This document shows, piece by piece, positions 24,661 through 32,200 of a DNA stretch of 32,200 nt. The DNA comes from a virus (taxonomy: Duplodnaviria > Caudoviricetes). The position numbers and the translations under genes are program-made. Each line of letters begins with the position of its first letter. Within the stretch, counting starts at the first letter, position 1. Where the stretch lies: positions 1-32,200 of the IMG/VR virus record IMGVR_UViG_3300037313_000153; one strand, 5' to 3'. The notes under the pieces were generated by a model. The model had not been told where the DNA came from and did no database searches. It saw only the letters and a program-made list of their open reading frames with translations.

Positions 24661-26289
24661 CTAACCGTGTTCGCTCGGGGCCGAGCCGCTCGGGGCCGAG
24701 GTGCGCCGACGAGCGGCCTGATGGCCCATGATCACCACTGGCTGCTTGCGGATCGTGCCGCGCGCATAGCCGCCCTTGATGTTCTCGTTCTTCAGCCCCT
24801 CCTCCCACGCCATGACGATGGCGTCTCCGTGATCGGGAGAGCGGCCGAGACGCTTGGTCAGGGATTCCTTGCTCTCGAGTTGAATGCCGTTGGGCCCGAC
24901 CTTGAACGTCGGCGCCGTCAGGTCGGCGACCAGTTCAGATCCTGGCGGTAGGGCAATTGGCGAGCCCTGCGGCTGACCGGGGTCGAGCGCTTCACGGAAC
25001 CGCCAGTAGGCACGAGAGCGGCGGTTGGCGAACTTCAGCTTGCCCTCGGCGGTGCGGCCCGGCCCCGCCTCAGCTCCCTTGTAGGCCTTGACCTCGGTGC
25101 CGTTGTTGTCGAGCCATTCATAGGCCGCGCCGCCATAGCCGCCGCCCATGTCGAGCACGATGGTCGCATTGTCCCGGCGCTTGCTCACGACCAAGCCAGC
25201 GACAGAGGCACCGTCGGGTGTATCCTTGCCGGGCACGACGACGAGCGGCGCGTACCAGCCGTCATGGCGAGCGGCCAGAACCGTGTTGTCCCGCCCGCCT
25301 TGCGCGATGTCGACGCCGATCGAACACATCGGCACGCCGTCGGGCGGCCGTGGCTTCCAACGCTCCTGTGCGGCGCGGACCCAGCTTGTCGGGATGCATT
25401 GATAGGCGCCATCCTTCAGCGCGCTGTCGAACTTGCCGTCGCGATAGGCGGCGCGCAGCTCTTCAGGCAGAGCGGCCAAGGTCGCCGCATAGCCAGAAGC
25501 GGCCAAGTCGGGATTGTCGGACAGCTTGGCGGGAATGAACGTGCGCGAGCGCGCGATGATCTCCTCGCCGCCGATCAGGTGCGGGCCGGGCCCGTCGACC
25601 TCGATCTCCTTACCCTCCTCACCCGTGGTGTACCAGCGCAGCTCGCCGGGCTTGGCCGGATTGGGATGGTTGGGGTCCAGCCATGCCGCCCAGCGCTTCA
25701 GGACCCACAGGCCTTCCGGCGTGGTCGGGGGATTGCCCGCTGCCACCACGCGGCACCGCTGGCCGGGCACCGTCGAGCGGTTCCAACCGATGATGAACGT
25801 GTATTGCGACTCGCTGAAGTCGGCCACCTCATCGAAGCCGATCAGGTCATGCGGGCGACCCTTGAACTTCTGCTTGTCGTCCTCGAGCTGGCAGCCCGAC
25901 AGATCGATGATCCGGCCGTCGCGGCGCCATGTGTTCTGTTGGCCGTTAAAGCCCTCCCGGTCGCCCAGAATCGCCACGTAGTCGTCGACCCAACCTTCGG
26001 CCTCCTTGGCGGTGCGACGCAGCAAGAGCGAGCGCTGGTGGCAGGTCAGCGACAGGCCGATCATCAGGGCAGACTTGCCGCCGCCCGCCTGCCCGCCATA
26101 GAACAGCTCGTCGGCCTCGCAGAAGTAGGCCTCGGTCTGCGGGCCCGGATTCGGCACCCACTTCATGTGGGCGGTATTCTTCCGGGCGGTCTGCTTGATC
26201 TCCTCCACGGTCTCAGGTGGAAGCACGGAAAAGCCCGCTAGGAGATCACCTAGCAGGCCTCCCGCCTTCACTTCAGCCTGAGACTGCAC
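24661..26289 (-). CDS. terL: Terminase large subunit
   Basis: Walker A YGGQAGGGKS, Walker B LIGFDE, coupling AGNP, nuclease IGVDIA and SPDHGDA. The start (GTG 26289, just after the upstream stop) is uncertain. Confidence 0.95.
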   Translation of the reverse strand: MQSQAEVKAGGLLGDLLAGFSVLPPETVEEIKQTARKNTAHMKWVPNPGPQTEAYFCEADELFYGGQAGGGKSALMIGLSLTCHQRSLLLRRTAKEAEGWVDDYVAILGDREGFNGQQNTWRRDGRIIDLSGCQLEDDKQKFKGRPHDLIGFDEVADFSESQYTFIIGWNRSTVPGQRCRVVAAGNPPTTPEGLWVLKRWAAWLDPNHPNPAKPGELRWYTTGEEGKEIEVDGPGPHLIGGEEIIARSRTFIPAKLSDNPDLAASGYAATLAALPEELRAAYRDGKFDSALKDGAYQCIPTSWVRAAQERWKPRPPDGVPMCSIGVDIAQGGRDNTVLAARHDGWYAPLVVVPGKDTPDGASVAGLVVSKRRDNATIVLDMGGGYGGAAYEWLDNNGTEVKAYKGAEAGPGRTAEGKLKFANRRSRAYWRFREALDPGQPQGSPIALPPGSELVADLTAPTFKVGPNGIQLESKESLTKRLGRSPDHGDAIVMAWEEGLKNENIKGGYARGTIRKQPVVIMGHQAARRRTSAPSGSAPSEHG

Positions 26290-26290
26290 G

Positions 26291-27118
26291 TCAGGTGGCG
26301 CCGCCGGCAGCCGCGCGGTCCATTGCGACGTAGATGTAGTCGACGTCGGCCGTGAACGAACTGGTGCCTGACGTGTTGCCAAACGCCAGCGTCGGCGTCA
26401 GATCGGTGGCGGCCGTCAGCGCGCCGCTCATCAGGGTGCCAACCTGGGCGCCGTTACGGAAGAACGAGGCCTTGCCGCCCGAGGTGACTTCGACGCGGAG
26501 AACCTCGTAGGTGTCAGCCACTGGGGCAGTGCCGGCGTTCTGCATGGTCGCGTCGACGTCGTTGGCGACGCCGGTCAGCCACCAGTTGTCGGTCGACATG
26601 CGGGTGTCGAACATCCAGCCGACCGCATCGGTCGCGTTGGTCGTGAAGGTATCGGCCGAAGCCGCCGAGACGATCGGCGCCTCGAGCGAGGCCGCAAGAT
26701 CCGTGAAGCCGATGAAGGCATAGGCCGTGGTGATACGCGAGAGCTTGACCCGCGCCTCGATCTCCAGGCCGCCGTTGCTGGCCTGCCAATTGAGCGTCTG
26801 GGTCATCTGGACCAGGTCGGCAGCCAGGCCAGTGCCGGCGTCGCCCGTGGTGAAACGCAGCACGCCGCCGATGCCGCCCGACAGGATGGCTGCATCCGTG
26901 GTCGAGCTGTCAGTGCCCTCCAGGAGGTTCCACTGGTCGGCCACGACGTCGCCCAGGAAGTCGTCGAGGAGAGCCACCTTCCGGGGGCTCGGCATCCAGA
27001 ACTGGCTCCCATGGTCGCCCGCGATCAGGCCGCCCGCCGCGATGATGGGGCCGAGGGTGCCGTCGGTGCGGTTCGGGCCCTTGCCGAGATGACGCCCGTC
27101 GATGGAGAAAGCACGCAT
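26291..27118 (-). CDS. Beta-sandwich (lectin/jelly-roll-like) putative virion protein
   Basis: 275 aa, SD AGGAG. LDDFLG, GGVLRFTT, IEARVKL, FIGFTD, FFRNG and VDYIYV pattern of alternating beta strands. Confidence 0.7.
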   Translation of the reverse strand: MRAFSIDGRHLGKGPNRTDGTLGPIIAAGGLIAGDHGSQFWMPSPRKVALLDDFLGDVVADQWNLLEGTDSSTTDAAILSGGIGGVLRFTTGDAGTGLAADLVQMTQTLNWQASNGGLEIEARVKLSRITTAYAFIGFTDLAASLEAPIVSAASADTFTTNATDAVGWMFDTRMSTDNWWLTGVANDVDATMQNAGTAPVADTYEVLRVEVTSGGKASFFRNGAQVGTLMSGALTAATDLTPTLAFGNTSGTSSFTADVDYIYVAMDRAAAGGAT

Positions 27119-27149
27119 TTTACGCTCCTGCTATTCGGGCCGAGGCCCT

Positions 27150-27695
27150 TTATGTGGCTGGATTGCCATTGCTGGTGGAGTTGCCCGGGGTGGGGCCTTT
27201 GCCCGCCTGGAGCAGCCGTCTGGCCTGCTCGAGGTGGAACGCCGTGCGCCGCGCGTCGTCGAGCGGCGAAGTTGGGGTGACGTCTTCGACCCTCGCGTTG
27301 ATGTCGATCTTCTCGCCGTAGACCTTCGGCAGGGCCTTGCTCAGCAGCCACTTGCGAGTGTCGACGCGCAGTCGCGACCGAGCGATCACGTCATGATCTA
27401 TCTGGACATGCCCGTCGTCATCGCGGTGGCTGTCGTTGCGGCCGTCGTCAGCAATCTCCAGCAGCTGGTCGGCCATGTTGTGGTAGCCGATCTCTCGTGC
27501 CCGCGCGTATTGGTCGGAAAAGTCTTTGCGATCAACGGTCCAGCCCAGCACGGTCGAGTGCGGCGGCATCCCGTCGTCACGGCAAATCGCTCGCAGCGTC
27601 TCCCCCGCAGCAAGGCGCTGGCAAATTACCTCTGCCAGTTCCTCAGTGTACGCTGTTGGCCGTCCGGGCGGCCGAGTAGGCTTGTCATCAGGCAA
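27150..27695 (-). CDS. terS: Terminase small subunit (Sf6 gp1-like)
   Basis: GRPTAYTEELAEVICQRLAAGETLRAICRDDGMP...QYARARE...LEIADD...RLRVDTRKWLLSK..PKVYGEK; TTG start with GAGG. Confidence 0.93.
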   Translation of the reverse strand: MPDDKPTRPPGRPTAYTEELAEVICQRLAAGETLRAICRDDGMPPHSTVLGWTVDRKDFSDQYARAREIGYHNMADQLLEIADDGRNDSHRDDDGHVQIDHDVIARSRLRVDTRKWLLSKALPKVYGEKIDINARVEDVTPTSPLDDARRTAFHLEQARRLLQAGKGPTPGNSTSNGNPAT

Positions 27696-27720
27696 GCATA
27701 GGCCTCGCGCTTATGGCGCA

Positions 27721-27766
27721 AGGATACGGCAGGTCGCTTTTCAGGCTGCTATTTGGCTTCTACTTC
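27721..27766 (-). promoter_or_regulatory. Putative late promoter of the packaging operon (GAAGTAGAAGCC-N28-TATCCT)
   Basis: 12-mer at 27755-27766 and -10 at 27721-27726, in the intergenic gap before terS. Confidence 0.65.
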
Positions 27767-27773
27767 CGGTCGA

Positions 27774-28211
27774 TCACGCCGGCTCGCCGTTCGGTCCCCA
27801 CACCAGGGGACGCCAGTGCGTCGGAATGAGATGGCGACGCAGCGGGTCGCTGAATGGCGGCACGGTCCAGAAGTGATCGACGTAATGCTCGTGGCCGCGC
27901 TTGCGCCAACAACGATGCGTCGTGCACCAGTACATGTCGGTCGAGCGCTCGAATCTAACGGGCGGCTCCCATGAGCGGCGGCACCACAGGTCAACAACCT
28001 CTCCCGTCAAAGGAGCGGTGGTGATATCCCTCCAGCCATTGGCGGGAGAGCGCTCGGCGCTATCAGAACCGTTCTGACCCGCCGCCTCGATGGCCGCGAT
28101 TGCCGCGATGGCGTCGAGCGCGGCCTGCTCAATCCGGGCATCGGTGTTAGGCCAAACGTGAGCCTTCAGCGCTGCCGTCATCCTTCGCAGGCGCTCGGTC
28201 GAGTCCGTCAC
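27774..28211 (-). CDS. DUF551-like phage accessory protein
   Basis: GTG start overlapping the upstream stop, SD GGAGG. WRDITTAP..G..VDLW...PTHWRPL signature. Confidence 0.75.
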   Translation of the reverse strand: MTDSTERLRRMTAALKAHVWPNTDARIEQAALDAIAAIAAIEAAGQNGSDSAERSPANGWRDITTAPLTGEVVDLWCRRSWEPPVRFERSTDMYWCTTHRCWRKRGHEHYVDHFWTVPPFSDPLRRHLIPTHWRPLVWGPNGEPA

Positions 28212-28579
28212 GTCGCCACCTCCGTCTGCACTGTAGCACATGCCGTCCGGCCGGGCCTCGCCGTCCACAAGGTCCATTCACCGCCAGCCTTGCGCATCCG
28301 CCGCCGCTTGGGGTCCTTGCCCGCCGGCTTGGACTCGATGACCTCCAGATCGATCAAGCCCCTGTCCCGCATGCCCTCCAGGTAGGGCCATACTTTTCGG
28401 CGGGGCATGCCCGTCCATTCGCGGACCTCACGGCGGGTTGGGCATGGCTTGCCGACGTGGGCCTCGATCATGGTCAGCAGGACCGCATCCAGGGTCGCGA
28501 ACGGCCGCAGCGATCGGGGGGTGATCGGGGGCCGTTTCGCTCTCACGCCCGGTCCTCGATTCGGAATAGGATGGGGCAT
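28208..28579 (-). CDS. Winged-helix DNA-binding protein (LexA N-domain-like)
   Basis: Start moved to ATG 28579 (SD GGAGG). GKPCPTRREVREWTGMPRRKVWPYLEGMRDRGLI resembles the PTxREI...L.xxG.I wHTH pattern; no peptidase domain. Confidence 0.7.
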   Translation of the reverse strand: MPHPIPNRGPGVRAKRPPITPRSLRPFATLDAVLLTMIEAHVGKPCPTRREVREWTGMPRRKVWPYLEGMRDRGLIDLEVIESKPAGKDPKRRRMRKAGGEWTLWTARPGRTACATVQTEVAT

Positions 28580-28730
28580 GACGCCTCCCGAGGAAAACAA
28601 CCTGTTTGAACTGCTGGTGATTGCCATTGCGTCCCTGGGGCTGTTCGTTCTTGCGGTTGTGATGGTCGTGAGCCGTGCGGTTGTGCTAGGCTTCCGGTTT
28701 CTACGGAGGCTCGCCCATGCGCCCCAATGA
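28578..28730 (+). CDS. Small single-pass membrane peptide (50 aa)
   Basis: MTPPEENNLFELLVIAIASLGLFVLAVVMVVSRAVVLGFRFLRRLAHAPQ: acidic N-terminus, long hydrophobic stretch, basic C-terminus. Overlaps the next plus-strand gene. Confidence 0.55.
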   Translation: MTPPEENNLFELLVIAIASLGLFVLAVVMVVSRAVVLGFRFLRRLAHAPQ

Positions 28731-28902
28731 CCTGCCGAACCCCCGCTACGTCGATCCCAACCCCTACACAGGGGAGGCGGATGACGAAGGGGTCGACTAC
28801 GCGAAGATCCAGCGCGAGAAGGTCGCCAAAGCCATGGCTTCTCTTCCCAAGGACGCCGGCCCGGACGATATCGCAAAGGCGGCTATTCGCGCTCTGGCCT
28901 GA
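28717..28902 (+). CDS. Hypothetical protein (61 aa), counter-oriented
   Basis: SD GGAGG 7 nt upstream; high-GC3 codon usage in this frame. Confidence 0.65.
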   Translation: MRPNDLPNPRYVDPNPYTGEADDEGVDYAKIQREKVAKAMASLPKDAGPDDIAKAAIRALA

Positions 28903-28931
28903 GTCGTTCATGATGGTCTCGGCGTCGTGGC

Positions 28932-29102
28932 TCATCGCGCTTCCGGGATTTCACGAGAAACAATCGCCACTTTCCCTTGTGCTCTCAGGAGCTTTGGCTT
29001 TTGGCGCAGGCGTGAAACACGGATCTTGCAGTGGCCTGACTGGCCGTAGCGCATCCGTCTGGTCGACCACGCCTTCAAGCGTTGGGCGTCAGAGAGATTC
29101 AC
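28932..29102 (-). CDS. Small basic hypothetical protein (56 aa; absent from the ORF track)
   Basis: SD AAGGAG then GTG. Translates to MNLSDAQRLKAWSTRRMRYGQSGHCKIRVSRLRQKPKLLRAQGKVAIVSREIPEAR. Confidence 0.55.
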   Translation of the reverse strand: MNLSDAQRLKAWSTRRMRYGQSGHCKIRVSRLRQKPKLLRAQGKVAIVSREIPEAR

Positions 29103-29228
29103 GATGCTCTCTCCTTGGGGTGGGGGAGATGGGATTGAGGTGAAGTGGCTCGCTCGCCGTCGTTCCTAGGCTGCGCTCCGCACCACGGGTGTTCCCTTGC
29201 TGGCGGTGTGCCACGAGGCTTGCCAACA

Positions 29229-29411
29229 TCATGCGTGCCCCGGCTCGGTGACGGCTTCGTTCCCGTCCGCGTCGATGGTGATCCGGCGACACCAGACGCA
29301 GCCAGCTTGCATGGCCGCGACCGCATCGTCCCCTTCCAGCAGGCAGGCAGGTGGCCCAGCGCAGACGTGGATAACCGTCACGTCGTCATCGGGGCTTGCG
29401 GGCGCTGTCAC
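29229..29411 (-). CDS. Small Cys-rich hypothetical protein
   Basis: GTG overlaps the RyR gene stop (alternative ATG at 29426). HVC..PPAC...GCVWC suggests metal binding. Confidence 0.6.
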   Translation of the reverse strand: MTAPASPDDDVTVIHVCAGPPACLLEGDDAVAAMQAGCVWCRRITIDADGNEAVTEPGHA

Positions 29412-29884
29412 AGATCGTAAATCCATTGCCGCGCGATCTCGCATAGGGCGACAAACACCGCGTCCTTGTCTCGCTCCAGTTGGCCGAGCTTGGCGTAGGG
29501 CACGAGGTCGGGATGGGTCTTGTTCTCGCGGCTGTACGTCTCGCCGTAGACCCACCCCATTGCGTAGTACGCCTGCATCCAACTGCCGTGCAGTTCTTCC
29601 GGCGACGATGAACGATCCGGCCCCATCTGGCGCTCGATCACCTTCAGGAATTGCGCCTGGAACGGACCTTCTCGCTCGGCCCACGGCACGGGGATGACAG
29701 GCGCCTTGGCTGCGATGGCAGCCAGTCGCGCGCCGTCGTAGACGAACTCGGCCTGTCGCTGCAGGACAGCATCCGGGTCCGCGTCGCCGGGTTCGGTCGG
29801 CAGTCTGCCGTGCTTGCGATAGAAGCGTTCGACCGCTGCTCCGGCCGGGTTAGTGATGGTTGCTGGCTTGCTGCTGGCGCTCAT
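29408..29884 (-). CDS. RyR-domain protein
   Basis: SPEELHGSWM....MGWVYGETYSRENKTHPDLVPYAKL...ERDKD is the RyR repeat signature; SD AAGGA. Confidence 0.85.
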   Translation of the reverse strand: MSASSKPATITNPAGAAVERFYRKHGRLPTEPGDADPDAVLQRQAEFVYDGARLAAIAAKAPVIPVPWAEREGPFQAQFLKVIERQMGPDRSSSPEELHGSWMQAYYAMGWVYGETYSRENKTHPDLVPYAKLGQLERDKDAVFVALCEIARQWIYDL

Positions 29885-29927
29885 TGTGCAGTACGTCCTT
29901 TCGTTTCAGGCTCGGTAGGTGCGGTAG

Positions 29928-30026
29928 GGAGCGAAGCGACCGCGTAGCCCCCTCAAATCATCCCGCATCACTGCTCAGCCTCCTTGGGGGAGTGAGGATT
30001 GGGGTGGCTCGCTGTGAGCTCGCTCC
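29928..30026. repeat. Imperfect inverted repeat made of two copies of a degenerate element (third copy at 29111-29179)
   Basis: Plus 29928-29964 GGAGCGAAGCGACCGCGTAGCCCCCTCAAATC versus minus 30026-29995 GGAGCGAGCTCACAGCGAGCCACCCCAATCC. Confidence 0.5.
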
Positions 30027-30328
30027 ATCCCTGCATCTGGTGCTGCGGTTTGTGGTAAGGGATTGCGCCGCCAACGCGCGTCCTGAATGCGCCAGCGCAG
30101 CCGCTTGAACCACCACAGGGCCTCACGCCATGCCGCCAGGATCGGGCGCGGCCGAGGCTGCAGATGCTTGATCCAGTCGGCCTCGTAGACTTCCCACTTG
30201 CCGTTGATCCGCACATGCACGTTCACGAAGTGCGCGGCCTTGCAGCGCTTCACGAGCGCCACAATCGAGTCCTGCTGCAGGTGGTTGATCTTGGCCGCGT
30301 CGAGCGACCACCAATTGCCGTCTTTCAT
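29975..30328 (-). CDS. Hypothetical protein
   Basis: Start moved to ATG 30328 (ATGA overlap, SD AAGGA); MKDGNWWSLDAA... Confidence 0.65.
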   Translation of the reverse strand: MKDGNWWSLDAAKINHLQQDSIVALVKRCKAAHFVNVHVRINGKWEVYEADWIKHLQPRPRPILAAWREALWWFKRLRWRIQDARWRRNPLPQTAAPDAGMERAHSEPPQSSLPQGG

Positions 30329-30678
30329 GCTGCTTCCTTCTTCGCTTCGGTCTTGGTCGAGCGCTCCCACTGATCGCGTGTTGTCTTGATGCCCCAGCGC
30401 TTGGCGATGGCGTCGATCTGCTCCCACCATTCGTCGGCGGTGATCCGGCCGAGCGGGCCATGGAGCTTGTGGCGTTCCTGGCTGATGGCGGACTTGACGC
30501 AGATCGCCAGTTCGTCGGCGGTCAGCTCGAGCGGATCACGGACGGCGGCATATTGCAGGGCCACATGCTCGCAGGCCCGATAGACCTCTGGCGGCCGGTT
30601 GGCCTTGATGCGGGCGCCCTGCCCTGCTCTCCAGTGGTTCAGGTTCGCCAGAGCGGCCGTGCGCGGGGAGATCTTCAC
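30325..30678 (-). CDS. Hypothetical protein coupled to the replication gene
   Basis: GTG 30678 overlaps the initiator stop (GTGA); SD AAGGAG. Confidence 0.7.
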   Translation of the reverse strand: MKISPRTAALANLNHWRAGQGARIKANRPPEVYRACEHVALQYAAVRDPLELTADELAICVKSAISQERHKLHGPLGRITADEWWEQIDAIAKRWGIKTTRDQWERSTKTEAKKEAA

Positions 30679-31634
30679 TGCAGGAACTCCTTCGGCACGA
30701 AGCATCCAGGCTGGCCGGGCTCAGGGCCCCACGTCGGCATCCAGAAGCTGGACTCGCGCCAGCCCTTCATCCGGCCCGACCAGTTGTCATCCGATGCCGC
30801 CATGGTCTGCATGCGCGGGGCGCCAACCGGCTTCTTCGGGTCGTAGTTGCCGTCCAAGACCTTGCGGAAGTTGCGAGGCTCGAGCACCCAGTCGAGCGAC
30901 AATCGGAACTCGGTCTTCAGGAACTCCGATCGCGCGGCCCGCTCGAGCATGGCCTTCCAGCCCTCCAGCTCATGCTCGGCAAGGCGCGCCTTGAGCTTTC
31001 GCTTCCGGTCCGGGTCCAGCTTGCGCGGCTCAGGCCATCCGTTCGCCTTGGCCGCCTCAAGGAACAGCCGATAGGCTTCGTCCGAGTCCGCCTCAAGCGC
31101 GTCAGCGCGTTCGCTAGTGTGGTCGTGAGTAGGAGTAGGGTCGTGAGTAGGAGTCTGAGTAGGAGTGTGGGTTCCTGACTGTGGTGATACGGTATCCTGG
31201 GTTACGAGATACCGTTTCCTGAGTTCGTCTATTAGGTCTGGCGGGAAGTGCATTACGCCGTGCAGGCTGGCCAGCAGGTCGGCATAGAAGGCCAGCGATC
31301 CCGGCACATGCTCGAGCATCTTGCCCGCGGCCTTGCCTACCTTCCCGTTCGGAATGGGGTTGTGCTCGAGGTAGCCGGGAATCCATGTCCAGCCCGATTC
31401 GGCGTCTCGACGCAGGAAGCCGATCACGTCCAGGGTCGCCAGTGCGTCGCTCGCCTCCTCCGCGGTCTTTCCCAGGTCGTCACACACGTAGGCAATCGGC
31501 AGCCGGAAACAGCCCAGCGAGTTGGCGTGCGGGCACGTCAGCAGGTAGAGGGCCATTTCCTTGGCCTCGGGCGACAGCTTTTTGCGCTTGGCCCAGTCCC
31601 AGAAGCGGGTGCGGACGACCCCGTAGTCCCGCAT
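30675..31634 (-). CDS. Phage replication initiator (replisome organiser-type)
   Basis: MRDYGVVRTRFW...ALYLLTCPHANSLGCFRLP..Y...DLG N-domain, a repetitive linker, and C-terminal RKRKLKARL...SEFL...LDWVL.PRNFRKVLDGNY. Confidence 0.85.
   Translation of the reverse strand: MRDYGVVRTRFWDWAKRKKLSPEAKEMALYLLTCPHANSLGCFRLPIAYVCDDLGKTAEEASDALATLDVIGFLRRDAESGWTWIPGYLEHNPIPNGKVGKAAGKMLEHVPGSLAFYADLLASLHGVMHFPPDLIDELRKRYLVTQDTVSPQSGTHTPTQTPTHDPTPTHDHTSERADALEADSDEAYRLFLEAAKANGWPEPRKLDPDRKRKLKARLAEHELEGWKAMLERAARSEFLKTEFRLSLDWVLEPRNFRKVLDGNYDPKKPVGAPRMQTMAASDDNWSGRMKGWRESSFWMPTWGPEPGQPGCFVPKEFLQ
31121..31218. repeat. Iteron-like repeats within the initiator gene (candidate origin)
   Basis: TGAGTAGGAGT x3 (31126, 31144, 31156), of which two are exact GGTCGTGAGTAGGAGT copies 18 bp apart. 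Quasi-palindromes GATACGGTATC (31186-31196) and GATACCGTTTC (31208-31218). Locally lower GC. Confidence 0.6.
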
Positions 31635-31936
31635 CAGCGGCCCTCAGCCTTAGCGATGGCGGCGGCAGTATCGCGCATGATGCAGCCAACTACTGGAGGA
31701 TTTGCCGAGCCGCAGTCGCCAGAGCAGTCGGGACAGCCGCGCGACTGCCAGCGCTTCAACGTCTCCAGCAGATTGAGCCCGCTGGACTCCACAGGGCACG
31801 GGAAGCCGCCGCTCCAGAACTTGAAGTCTTGCTCCAGGCCACGCTCACGAATGAACGTGATCATGTTCTTGGCCCAGGCTTCGTAGTTGATGTCCTGACG
31901 CGCGGACGGATTTCGGGTAATGGTCTGCTTAGCCAT
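31634..31936 (-). CDS. Hypothetical protein with a C-terminal Cys cluster
   Basis: Start moved to ATG 31936 (SD GAGGAG); MAKQTITRN...CPDCSGDC...GC. Confidence 0.7.
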   Translation of the reverse strand: MAKQTITRNPSARQDINYEAWAKNMITFIRERGLEQDFKFWSGGFPCPVESSGLNLLETLKRWQSRGCPDCSGDCGSANPPVVGCIMRDTAAAIAKAEGR

Positions 31937-32200
31937 TAGCGTGCTCCTCTCGTAGCCGCTGGTGGTTAGAGCCGTCGGCGGTGCTGGCGGCCGTGGCTGC
32001 CTTGACCAGCGCAATGAAGTCGGCGGCTGGCAGGATCGTGATCCAGGGCTTGTTGTTGGCGCGGTGAAACACGGCCGGGATGTCGCCCGCCCTCGCCTCT
32101 TCCGTGGCCTGCTCGAGCGCCTCGTAGATCCGCAGCCGCTCGGTGCGCTTGCTCTCGGCGTGGATGCCCGGCAGGTCGTGCACGACATCCGGCGAGTCGG
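31929..32200 (-). CDS. PD-(D/E)xK nuclease, phage Holliday-junction resolvase-like (5' truncated)
   Basis: Frame open to the window edge: DSPDVVHDLPGIHAESKRTERLRIYEALEQA...IPAVFHRANNKPW. Confidence 0.75.
   Translation of the reverse strand, partial: DSPDVVHDLPGIHAESKRTERLRIYEALEQATEEARAGDIPAVFHRANNKPWITILPAADFIALVKAATAASTADGSNHQRLREEHANG

Noticed and set aside
28543-28935. 130-aa minus-strand ORF with an ATGA-coupled start
   Set aside because: Reads as the antisense of the SD-supported plus-strand genes. At most a remnant start interrupted by the island; not called.
28960-29002. AAAAGCCAAAG, similar to the late-promoter motif
   Set aside because: Lacks the GAARTAG half, has no good -10 at 27-28 nt, and lies within a probable small CDS.
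29089-29326. Short ORFs 29089-29232 and 29099-29326
   Set aside because: Low-complexity translations running through the degenerate repeat element, with no convincing coding signal.
1-32200. tRNA, rRNA, CRISPR array, integrase or transposase
   Set aside because: None recognised by eye, so prophage versus free phage cannot be decided from this window.

Overview
This is a GC-rich tailed-phage or prophage segment, almost entirely on the minus strand, with a podovirus-type (T7/BPP-1/epsilon15/APSE-like) virion module. In transcription order (right to left): a partial PD-(D/E)xK resolvase-like gene, a replication initiator with internal repeats, and small accessory genes (RyR-domain, winged-HTH, DUF551-like, a two-gene plus-strand island). 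Next come an Sf6/P22-like small terminase, a beta-sandwich virion protein, the large terminase, three paralogous small Gly/Pro-rich proteins, portal, Bbp19-like protein, scaffold, major capsid and a decoration protein. Last are tail tube A/B, a GNAT-like gp13 equivalent, three ejection proteins (gp14-, gp15- and gp16-like) with a lipoprotein and a small membrane protein inserted among them, and a tail-fibre/lectin module running off the left edge. Most notable: (i) an ADP-ribosyltransferase-like module in the 2219-aa ejection protein, bracketed in frame by an exact 12-bp direct repeat (TYEQ) and next to an HExxH peptidase; (ii) a GAARTAGAAGCC-N27/28-(-10 box) motif upstream of terS, the capsid gene and the tail-fibre gene; (iii) triplicated pre-portal peptides; (iv) a structured capsid leader; (v) a degenerate ~40-70 bp element in three copies in the accessory region. 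Family assignments come from motif recognition and synteny by eye; no searches were run.
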